A stretch of DNA of 64,000 nt. Source: Vicugna vicugna (taxonomy: Eukaryota). Location of the stretch: contig MU058883.1 of assembly GCA_013265495.1 (NCBI GenBank), positions 614,596 through 678,595 of the forward strand, given 5' to 3'. Below, one piece after another: positions 57,601-64,000 of the stretch. Each line of letters starts with the position of its first letter. Position 1 is the first letter of the stretch. A program made the position numbers and the translations under genes. Below the pieces are notes generated by a model, which saw only the letters and a list, made by a program, of their open reading frames with translations, made no database searches and was not told where the DNA came from.

Positions 57601-60600
57601 GCCCAGGTGGACCCGGCTGTGGGCTTACCATGCGGGAGGCGAGCTCCAGCAGCTCGCGCTTGGCCTGCCGCACGCCCTGCGGGTCGCCCTCGATGCGGAT
57701 CAGGCTGCTCTTCTCACTGTCAGGAGGGATGCGCACGGACACCTTGTACTGGTCCTTGATCCTGTTTACTTCAGGACACAAAAGGAAACACGCTTCGGAC
57801 CAGAACGTACCCCCCGACCCGTGCAGCAGGGCAGGGCTAAAGCCCTAGACAGCCCCCGCCCCCGTCAGCCACCCATGGGCAGAAGGACGGGCAGGCCTTC
57901 ACACTTCAAGGCAAGCCCTGCCACCGCCTACGGCGGGCCGGCGCGGCCGCCACCCCAGCAGGCCACGTCCAGGCGTCTCCCCGGAATTCAGACGCCCAGC
58001 AGCCACAGCCGCTCCAGCTCCGCGGTACAGCTGCTCTGGGCACGGCCGGGGCTTTAGAATGTTTTAAAGGTCCCGGGCGTTGCTAAGCGGAAACGGACAA
58101 GTATGGGAACTCCTGTTCAGGTCAAAACCCACTCAAAAAAATAACCATAAAAAACTGTTAAAAATCAAGCCCTCAGGTTAGCTAAAGAAGAAAGAGGCCC
58201 CCCCCCAACCACCTGAGAGCCCTGCGGAGGCCACGCTGCGTAGGGCCCGAGCGCCTCACGGCTACCCCGTCTGGACAGAGCCAGGCCCCCAGCCCGGAGA
58301 AACCTCATCGCCAGGAAGTGAGGTCGGCACTCCGCCCACTGTGTCGTCAAGGGGAGCCGAGCTCCGTGCAGGGTCACTAAGGAAGGTTCTGAGCACACAG
58401 AGACAGCCGTGAGCGGAGGAGCGCGGGGCGAACGTGAGGACGTGCTGGTCCTGGGCAGCCGCGTGGGATGAGAGCCCGGGACACACACGCCGGGCAGCAG
58501 GGCTCAGGTGAAGGGAAGCAAGGACTAGGCGCAGAACCAGAAGAAAATGGAACAGACGCAACTCCCTGAACCAAGCCAAGTGGTCCTGCGCGTCCCCGAG
58601 AGCAGAACCCGGAAGCTAATGCCAGAACTGCACCTCCTTGTGTTGCTAAGGAAGCATCACAGCTCACCAAAGCAAAAGCAAGTTAACAACACAAAAGCAG
58701 GGCTCAAGCGGGCGCACAGGTGGGCACTGAGAGGAGCGGCTGTGTGAGCTCCTGCCCCAGAACAGAGCAGCAGGGACCGCCTTCCGTCTGCTCTGAGCAA
58801 GGATGGCTGCACAGGGCTCGCTCACAGCGGTATCCTCCCCAGGCCGCGGGCCCGTGACCTCAGGCAGGACCCAGCGCTCCCACCTTCCACCAAAGGTCGC
58901 TCCCCGGGGATAGGGCTGTTTTCGGGACTGGTGAGCCTGTGATGTGCGGGATGGCCTTACAGTCAAACTAAGCAAAGGAGTGGACTTTCAAACACACCTG
59001 CGGATTAAAGCAGAGCGCTCACCTGGCACACTCCCGACGCCCCACACTTGTACGACCGACACAGTTCAGTCCAAGGCTGAGCCTGGGCTGACAGATCCCT
59101 GCTCGCCCAAAAGAACCCTCCCTGCGCCGCGTGACGTGGGCCCGAGAGTGCAAAGCTCTGACCCCTGGGAGAGCTGCAGGCTGGGGCGGGCTCGGTGGTG
59201 AACACCGAGGACTGCAGAACCAGCGGCCTCCACCCCACAGCTCTGGCTGAAATGTGAGCACACGACCCTTGGGCACGCAGGGAACCTCTGGGCTAGACAG
59301 CTCCAGGCCCACCACGGCCCCGGGGGAGACCCGGCTGGGCCAGGCCACGACTCATCTCTCCCGCGCCCTGTCCGCCTCACTCACTGTTGGCTCCGCTCTT
59401 CCCGATGAGGTGTCGGTGGAACTTGTGGTCGATGTTGATCTCCACATAGTCCATCCGGTTAACCTGCGGGAGGGGCACAGAGCGGGCCCGTGGACACAGG
59501 CATCTGAGCCCAAGGAGCGTGCCCAGACATGCAAACAGCCAGAAGCGAGGCCCAGAAGCCGACAGCTGCCCCTTTCCCTCCCCACTGAGCTGGCAGGAGC
59601 TGCGGCAAGGTGTTCCTGCAGGCGTCCTTCAAAACAGGGTTTCCTCTGCTCACCAGGGGCCACCCTTCGGCGCCTCCAACCCACCCACCGCAGGTCTGAC
59701 TGGCAAGATCAGGCCCCGCCCCACTCGGCCAGCACCCAGAGGGCTGCAGGGATGCCTACCAAGTCCTTGACCATGGCTTCGATCTGCTCCTGGGCCACGC
59801 TGACGTCCTCCGTGGGGCCTTCCAGGGTGATCCTGTCCTCACCCTCTGTGAACTCGACGTGAACCTGCCACACCAGAACAAGTCGTCCACTGAGACAGCA
59901 GGCACCGGTGACCTCCGAGAACCCGTGAGCGTTCTCCAGGGCAGCAGCAGATCCCAAACGCTTTTACAAACGTGCATCCACCGGCACCAGCGAGGTGGAC
60001 GGGGGTCTGGGGGCGAGCGTGATTTTGGTAGGAAATACAGTGTGGAACCTGGAGAAGGAGGCCCTCCCACCGTGCGTCACCAATACCCTGGGTGTGAGGT
60101 GCACACGCCGCCCGGGGACCAGGGGGCTGGACGAGTGGCCACAGGGAGAGTTTCAACCCAGCGCAGCTGCCCGACCGCGGTCCAGACAGGCCCTGCTGCT
60201 CAGCTCCAAGACGCCAGGTCAGGAGTGAAGCCCAAGAGGCACCCCAGCCAGCGTGAGCCGGGGCACGGCCCCTAACACGCACGACGGCCGGCGGTGGGGC
60301 AAGACAGCACGTGTGGTCCCTGCTGCTTCCAGCCCTTCCGGCCCTTCCAGCCCAGCGGCCCTCCTGCCTCCTCGCAGAACTTAAAGGGCTGCAGGGCAGA
60401 CGCAGGGACGGGCGGCCCCAGCTCCACACAGCCCGCAGACGTAACCGCTCAGAAGCAAGCACTCCATGACACCGAATGAGATGTTCCCTGAGACAGTCAT
60501 GAAACCCAGCAATACACACGCTTCCTCTTGTTACAGAGACCAAAACATGGCACAGGTACTTCAAAAAACTTACTCTGCTCTTGCTCAGCTAACCGCGGAA

Positions 60601-62125
60601 CAGCTGAGTGCCACACAACAACTGATGCTTAAAACACGCAGCACCCCAGTCTTCACAGGCACCCACAGGACCAGACGTGCGGGGAGGGCCGACAGAGGCC
60701 ACCTCAAAGCAGCAGGTGAAGGCTCCCTCACCTTTGGCATCTGCTGAGTGATTTTGGCCAGGTTCTGCCCTTTCTTGCCGATGATGAAGCGGTGAAGCCA
60801 GGAAGGCGCAGAGACAGAGGAGACTGTAAAGCTGTTGGCCTGGGAGAGCAGGTAACGAGTGGGTCTGCGGAGTCTGGTCACGCCAACGCCCCCGCCCCCC
60901 GCGCCCCTGCACTGGCCCTGGGAATCGCTAATCCGGAGTCTGTCCCCGCAAGGAGCAGTTACCTTGGCGTAGACTTCAGTCAGCGCCTGCCCCAGCTTTT
61001 CGGGCTCGCCCCGGAGGATCACGGTCTCAGAGGCGCTGTCCGAAGGCGGGATCTCCACAGAAACGCCTGTTCTCTCCAGGATCTCCTGCAGGGAGTTGCC
61101 CTTGGGCCCGATGACGTACTTGTGCTGGGACTTCTTCACCTCCACCGCGATGGTCGTGGTCTTCTTTTTCTAAGTGAGAGCACCATGCGGGTGTCAGAGG
61201 GCAGGAAGGGGGGCTCCAGAGCAAGCTAAGGGAAGACAATGAGCAGCCCCCTCCAGAAATTCCAGTCCTCAAGAACTAGGTTTTCTCCTCAGAAGACCCA
61301 CTTGAGACTGATGACTGCAACCAGGAGGAAGTGAGAACACCAAGTGCTCTCCCTCAACTAGGGACCAAGTTTCAGAGCCCGATCAGCCCCGAGGGGGTGC
61401 CCTGGGCATCAAGGGCAGGGGGCTGGCGTGGGGGCAGCCGCCCTGCACAGCGCTCTGCCCTCTGCCCGACAGCCACGGGGAGCACGGGCACCACCTTCCG
61501 GCCAGAGACCGAGGCTGTCCAGGCACAGAAGGACACCCAGGGCACAGGGCGGGGCTGGGCTGGCAAGGCCCGTCCTCTGCTCCCGCCGGGGGGCTTCCCT
61601 CCTCGCCGCCGCTACCTTCTCCTCGTAAATCTTCCTGATGCGAGCCACTGCCTGAGCCAGCTGCTCCTTCTCTCCGGTGAAGACGATCTCCGTCCGGTTG
61701 ACGCTGGGCGGGGGTATGTTGATTCGGGTCCCTGTCTCCTGCATGATCTCACCGACGAGGCGGTTGTAAGGCCCCGCGATGAAGGGGTGGAATGCCTTCT
61801 CCACTTCCAGCCTCTCCACAGCACGTTTGTCCTGGGGGCAAGGACAGAACCGTGAGGGCACGGCCCCGGGCGGGGCCCAGGAGGACCGGAACTGCCAGCG
61901 GCCCGGGTGGGGCCTCACCTGCTCGGCGGAGATGAGCAAGACCTCGTGGCGAGCCTTCTCGATGCCCTCTTTGGTGCCGGTGATCCTGATCTGGTTGCTG
62001 GTGTCATCCGGGCGTGGGATCTGGATTTTGGTTGCAGTTTTCAGCTCCAGGTCTTGCAGTTTCTCTCCATTTTTGCCAATGACGAAGCGATGGTGTTCTT
62101 TGGGGATGGCAACGGTTGCTGAGGC
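42549..62125 (-). CDS. HDLBP: HDLBP / vigilin (multi-KH RNA-binding protein): 23 coding exons, 5' exons outside the window
   Basis: Exons sum to 3354 nt (1117 aa plus TAA). All introns are GT-AG with consistent phase; 14 KH repeats. Confidence 0.98.
42735..42863 (-). CDS. HDLBP: HDLBP exon
   Basis: LADVVDSEALQLYMKPPAHEESKAPSRGFVVRDAPWTASSGEK; AG/GT flanks. Confidence 0.96.
42944..43060 (-). CDS. HDLBP: HDLBP exon
   Basis: VDIRFPQSGAPDPNCVTVTGLPENVEEAIDHILNLEEEY. Confidence 0.96.
43367..43552 (-). CDS. HDLBP: HDLBP exon (KH, GARG)
   Basis: PQDQITITGYEKNTEAARDAILKIVGELEQMVSEDVPLDHRVHARIIGARGKAIRKIMDEFK. Confidence 0.96.
43940..44560 (+). mobile_element. Old L1 ORF1/spacer relic
   Basis: gagttctcaagatcaagatactcaaaagagtttaaaaacctagcagcataaacgccc, with an A-rich plus strand. 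Confidence 0.45.
45151..45294 (-). CDS. HDLBP: HDLBP exon (KH, GRKG)
   Basis: ALRSFKLSVIVDPKYHPKIIGRKGAVITQIRLEHDVNIQFPDKEDGSQ. Confidence 0.96.
46354..46488 (-). CDS. HDLBP: HDLBP exon
   Basis: VNIHVPAPELQSDIIAITGLAAHLDRAKAGLLERVKELQAEQEDR. Confidence 0.96.
46612..46716 (-). CDS. HDLBP: HDLBP exon (KH, GQKG)
   Basis: ALVPVTIEVEVPFDLHRYIIGQKGSGIRKMMDEFE. Confidence 0.96.
47318..47469 (-). CDS. HDLBP: HDLBP exon (acidic insertion within KH; one codon shorter than human as recalled)
   Basis: (V)HSAEPAVHENGEDAGDGRDTKEEPGSPRRCDIIVISGRKEKCEAAKEALE; phase-1 start. Confidence 0.95.
47840..48300 (+). mobile_element. Old L1ME-type 3' end relic
   Basis: gcagaactggtgaactggggtaccttcacgctattctgcatttttcttaacatgaaattatatcaaaattaaaaaaa. 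Confidence 0.5.
48915..49053 (-). CDS. HDLBP: HDLBP exon (KH, GPKG)
   Basis: EAQVTIECAIPQKFHRSIMGPKGSKIQQITRDYNVQIKFPDREENP plus 1 nt. Confidence 0.96.
49637..49855 (-). CDS. HDLBP: HDLBP exon (divergent KH, IRRG)
   Basis: DNVVEDYMLVDPKHHRHFVIRRGQVLREIAEEYGGVMVSFPRSGTQSDRVTLKGAKDCVEAAKKRIQEIIEDL. Confidence 0.97.
49944..50165 (-). CDS. HDLBP: HDLBP exon (KH, GKGG)
   Basis: QTKSFTVDIRAKPEYHKFLIGKGGGKIRRVRDSTGARVIFPAAEDKDQDLITIVGKEDAVREAQRELEALIQNL. Confidence 0.97.
50760..51900 (+). mobile_element. Old L1 ORF2 (RT region) relic plus a 3'-end fragment, strongly GC-shifted
   Basis: ccattcacagacgctgttccacgtataaaactcccaagaatccaccaaaaaagctacgggaacc corresponds to the L1 LFADD..IENPKDSTKKLLEL region. 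Confidence 0.65.
52089..52307 (-). CDS. HDLBP: HDLBP exon (KH, GTKG)
   Basis: ANIAEVEVSIPAKLHNSLIGTKGRLIRSIMEECGGVHIHFPVEGSGSDTVVIRGPSSDVEKARKQLLHLAEEK. Confidence 0.97.
52780..53830 (+). mobile_element. Old L1 relics (ORF1 region about 52780-53400; 3' end about 53440-53830)
   Basis: tatttccagatctgatgacaactctgaactcatacattcaagaagcgcaatgaactccaaacaaa is ORF1p-like (FPDLM..IQEAQ.TP). ctaagtgaaagaagccaacctgaacaggctac...actctggaaaaggcaaactatgg is an L1M 3'UTR. Confidence 0.65.
54173..54220. repeat. 8-bp tandem repeat (gcactgct x5) preceded by an inverted copy forming an 18-bp palindrome
   Basis: gcagcagtgcactgctgc (54173-54190) is self-complementary; units run 54181-54220. Confidence 0.85.
54331..54405 (-). 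mobile_element. Minimal (about 50 bp) L1 3'-terminal insertion with a 13-bp TSD
   Basis: cttggtaactttt and cttagtaactttt flank ttttttaaaattttttatttataatcattttacaatgttgtgtcaaa, the extreme 3' end of the camelid L1 as recalled. Confidence 0.7.
54700..55040 (+). mobile_element. Old L1ME-type 3' end relic
   Basis: gtggtgactcagtgacgtacacacatgccgaaacttaaactgcacatttacacacgtgccgtttcctgcctgttaatttc. Confidence 0.55.
55249..55380 (-). CDS. HDLBP: HDLBP exon
   Basis: IREESNTKIDLPAENSNSETIIITGKRANCEAARSRILSIQKDL. Confidence 0.96.
55477..55563 (-). CDS. HDLBP: HDLBP exon (KH, GKGG)
   Basis: VENSYSISVPIFKQFHKNIIGKGGANIKK. Confidence 0.96.
55807..55965. repeat. Tandem duplication of about 80 bp (82 + 77 nt) containing long C/G runs
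   Basis: ctctacgcagg...gcgagtcaggccaggtgccccccacc..cccccccgcggcaggagggagtcggtgccacaccca starts at 55807 and 55889. Confidence 0.9.
56283..56396 (-). CDS. HDLBP: HDLBP exon
   Basis: VIINFPDPAQKSDIVQLRGPKNEVEKCTKYMQKMVADL. Confidence 0.96.
56523..56627 (-). CDS. HDLBP: HDLBP exon (KH, GQKG)
   Basis: ENERTKDLIIEQRFHRTIIGQKGERIREIRDKFPE. Confidence 0.96.
57629..57768 (-). CDS. HDLBP: HDLBP exon
   Basis: (I)NRIKDQYKVSVRIPPDSEKSSLIRIEGDPQGVRQAKRELLELASRM; phase-1 start. Confidence 0.96.
59385..59463 (-). CDS. HDLBP: HDLBP exon (KH, GKSG)
   Basis: VNRMDYVEINIDHKFHRHLIGKSGAN plus 1 nt. Confidence 0.96.
59760..59864 (-). CDS. HDLBP: HDLBP exon
   Basis: VHVEFTEGEDRITLEGPTEDVSVAQEQIEAMVKDL. Confidence 0.96.
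60732..60839 (-). CDS. HDLBP: HDLBP exon (KH, GKKG)
   Basis: ANSFTVSSVSAPSWLHRFIIGKKGQNLAKITQQMPK. Confidence 0.96.
60963..61169 (-). CDS. HDLBP: HDLBP exon (KH, GPKG)
   Basis: KKKTTTIAVEVKKSQHKYVIGPKGNSLQEILERTGVSVEIPPSDSASETVILRGEPEKLGQALTEVYAK. Confidence 0.97.
61616..61831 (-). CDS. HDLBP: HDLBP exon (divergent KH, GPYN)
   Basis: DKRAVERLEVEKAFHPFIAGPYNRLVGEIMQETGTRINIPPPSVNRTEIVFTGEKEQLAQAVARIRKIYEEK. Confidence 0.97.
61919..62125 (-). CDS. HDLBP: HDLBP exon (KH, GKNG), the most 5' coding exon in the window
   Basis: ASATVAIPKEHHRFVIGKNGEKLQDLELKTATKIQIPRPDDTSNQIRITGTKEGIEKARHEVLLISAEQ. Confidence 0.97.
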
Positions 62126-63348
62126 CTACAGCAGGAAAAGAACCGAAGGAAACAGAAGGTTCCGGGAAGGCATGTTTCCCCACTGCACTCTCCGGCTGGG
62201 ACGCCATTCTCACCTGTCCTTGCCTGGTCACCCCAGCCCTCCTTCGGAACAGTCTCAGGTCAAAGGTCACGCTCCTGGGGAAGCAGGCCCTGAACCCTAG
62301 GCTACAGTAAGTTCAAGTGCGACCTGCTCCCAGGGCCACGTCCGCCCTGCAGCTGTCGTAATTACGCACGGGTGACAGTCCGTCCTGTGTCTTCTCAGCC
62401 TAGCTGTCAGCCGCCACGAGGATGGCAACATTCAAGAATGATGACCATCCTGCTCCCACCCAGTGGCTCCCCACACTGCGCTAGGCCCCAGCGGGAGAGC
62501 AGACGCGAGCTGCTGACCAGCCGAGCTGCTGTTTTGGGAACAGTAAGCTACGTTTTTTTCAGACGTAAGCCTCATATGCAGTAGGAAGCACTTTCCCCTG
62601 TCTCTTTTGCAACCAGTTCAAATAGACAACTCATCTGAGGAGAGAAAATGAGAATCGTCCAAACCCTTCATCCGCTGAGTCAAACTGCCAGACACTGTGC
62701 AGCCTTCTGAGGCCACAGGGAGACCTGAGAGGAAGACGGGTTTCCCGTCTTCCTAAATTTATACAGGAAAGCCATCAACCAAGAAAAGTGAAAGAAAGGC
62801 GGCAAGTGCTAAGGCTCCATCATGAGTGGAACAGGAACCACAGACCAAGGAGTTGCTCTTCTTCCCCACGGGACGCGGTTTCCTAGCAACCACTCCTCGC
62901 TCACAACAGAGACGCTGCACCGCGCCCAGCAGCCATGAAGAGCCCTCGTGGGAAGTCAGACCTGTGGCTGACACATCACGACCACGTGAGGGCTATTCCA
63001 CAAAAGGTTCAGTATTAGGAAACCTGTTTATATAATTCGTTACATTGCTAGATTGAAGGGGAGACGGGAAATGATCATCTCTAAGAAATTTACACCCTCT
63101 CATGACAAAAATCTGCAAGAAAACAGAATTCAGTGTACACATATATGTTTAACGTGACCACCACGCTCGCACACCTCAGCACAAGGGCTGTCCTTGACGG
63201 GGGAGCAGACAGCACGCCCGGGACCAGGGGACCACTTCTTTACCAAACTCTCACTGCCCCACAGGAAGAGAAGCTGAGAACCCAGAGACCAGCAGCTCTG
63301 ACTTACACTAACAGCACTGGTTAGAGGATGGAAAGACCACCCATCTCC

Positions 63349-63376
63349 AAAAAGAAAAAGAAAAAGAAAAAGAAAA
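63349..63376 (+). repeat. (AAAAAG)n simple repeat
   Basis: aaaaagaaaaagaaaaagaaaaagaaaag. Confidence 0.85.
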
Positions 63377-63429
63377 GACTGTACAGAGAGTCGCTGGACA
63401 CCAACAGAGGAGCTGGGCTGCGTGCGTCA

Positions 63430-64000
63430 GATCAGAACACGCCTGGTAAGTGACCTAGCGCCACTCTGAGCGAAAAGCTGAAGATAAAGTCTGCACGCAG
63501 AACGAAAGAGGACAGACAGGAACTCCCAGACAAGGACCGTGCAGGCGCAGAGGTGGTAACCATGCTGCATGCTGGAGCATAAAGCCATCACCACCAGACA
63601 GAGGACGCGAGACAGGGAGAGACAGGCCAACAGATCGGAACAGAAAATCTAGGACCAGATCCAAGTTAATATGAAAACTCAGGGCTTGATAAAAACTGCC
63701 ATTCAAATCACTGGGGGAAACTTTAAAAATGGCGCTGATGACTTGACAGCCACGTGGAAAACGATGAAACTGGATCTGCACGTCGTACCATTCACAGTAA
63801 ATCCCAAACGAATCAGGAACTGAAATGTAAGAACACTCTGACAGGAACAGAAAAAATACGAGTCAACTTTCTCACAACCCAGAAGCAAAAATAAAACCAT
63901 TTCCCAACAGTGACTCAAGAAGCAAAAGATTAATGAATTTGACCCCACAAGAACGAAACTCACATTGCAGAACACCTCAAGATCAAAACACAAGTGGCAA
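63430..64000 (+). mobile_element. Old L1 ORF2 3' region relic (runs off the window)
   Basis: gccacgtggaaaacgatgaaactggatctgcacgtcgtaccattcacagtaaatcccaaacgaatcaggaactgaaatgtaagaac. Confidence 0.7.

Noticed and set aside
123-63993. Many long six-frame ORFs (e.g. 881..1720, 3066..3989, 13483..14472, 21250..22332, 51754..52872) as novel genes
   Set aside because: They are Pro/Gly/Arg/Ala-rich products typical of GC-rich DNA with few stop codons. They show no recognisable domains or coherent splice structure, and many merely overlap real exons in other frames or strands.
1-64000. CRISPR arrays, rRNA, snoRNA or miRNA genes, prokaryotic systems
   Set aside because: This is mammalian intron-exon DNA. 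I saw no regularly spaced repeat-spacer array and no recognisable structured RNA gene; an Infernal/Rfam scan would be needed to exclude small RNAs fully.

Overview
Mammalian genomic DNA, very GC-rich, most likely from a camelid (alpaca/llama/camel). The assignment rests on two Vic-1-like tRNA-derived SINEs and a camelid-type L1 3' end, both recognised from memory rather than by database search. Gene order PPP1R7(+) - ANO7(+) - HDLBP(-) matches human 2q37.3. The window holds the last two coding exons of PPP1R7 (sds22), both intact. It also holds 23 intact coding exons of HDLBP/vigilin (1117 aa plus stop, from KH1 to the C-terminus, all GT-AG, phases consistent). Between them lies a nearly complete ANO7 (TMEM16G/NGEP) exon series that looks dead. 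Compared with the human protein as I recall it, ANO7 has an in-frame TAG, net frameshifts in about 11 exons, 6 non-GT donors, and loss of two Ca2+-binding glutamates. The error-free HDLBP and PPP1R7 exons act as an internal control against assembly error. The main result is therefore an apparent unitary ANO7 pseudogene. A secondary curiosity is that exons 13-21 still splice into an uninterrupted 374-codon frame followed by an AATAAA. Introns carry L1, L2, MLT1, MER and SINE relics, several with readable target-site duplications, and there is one 140-nt N gap. All homology statements are from recall and manual alignment, not computed.
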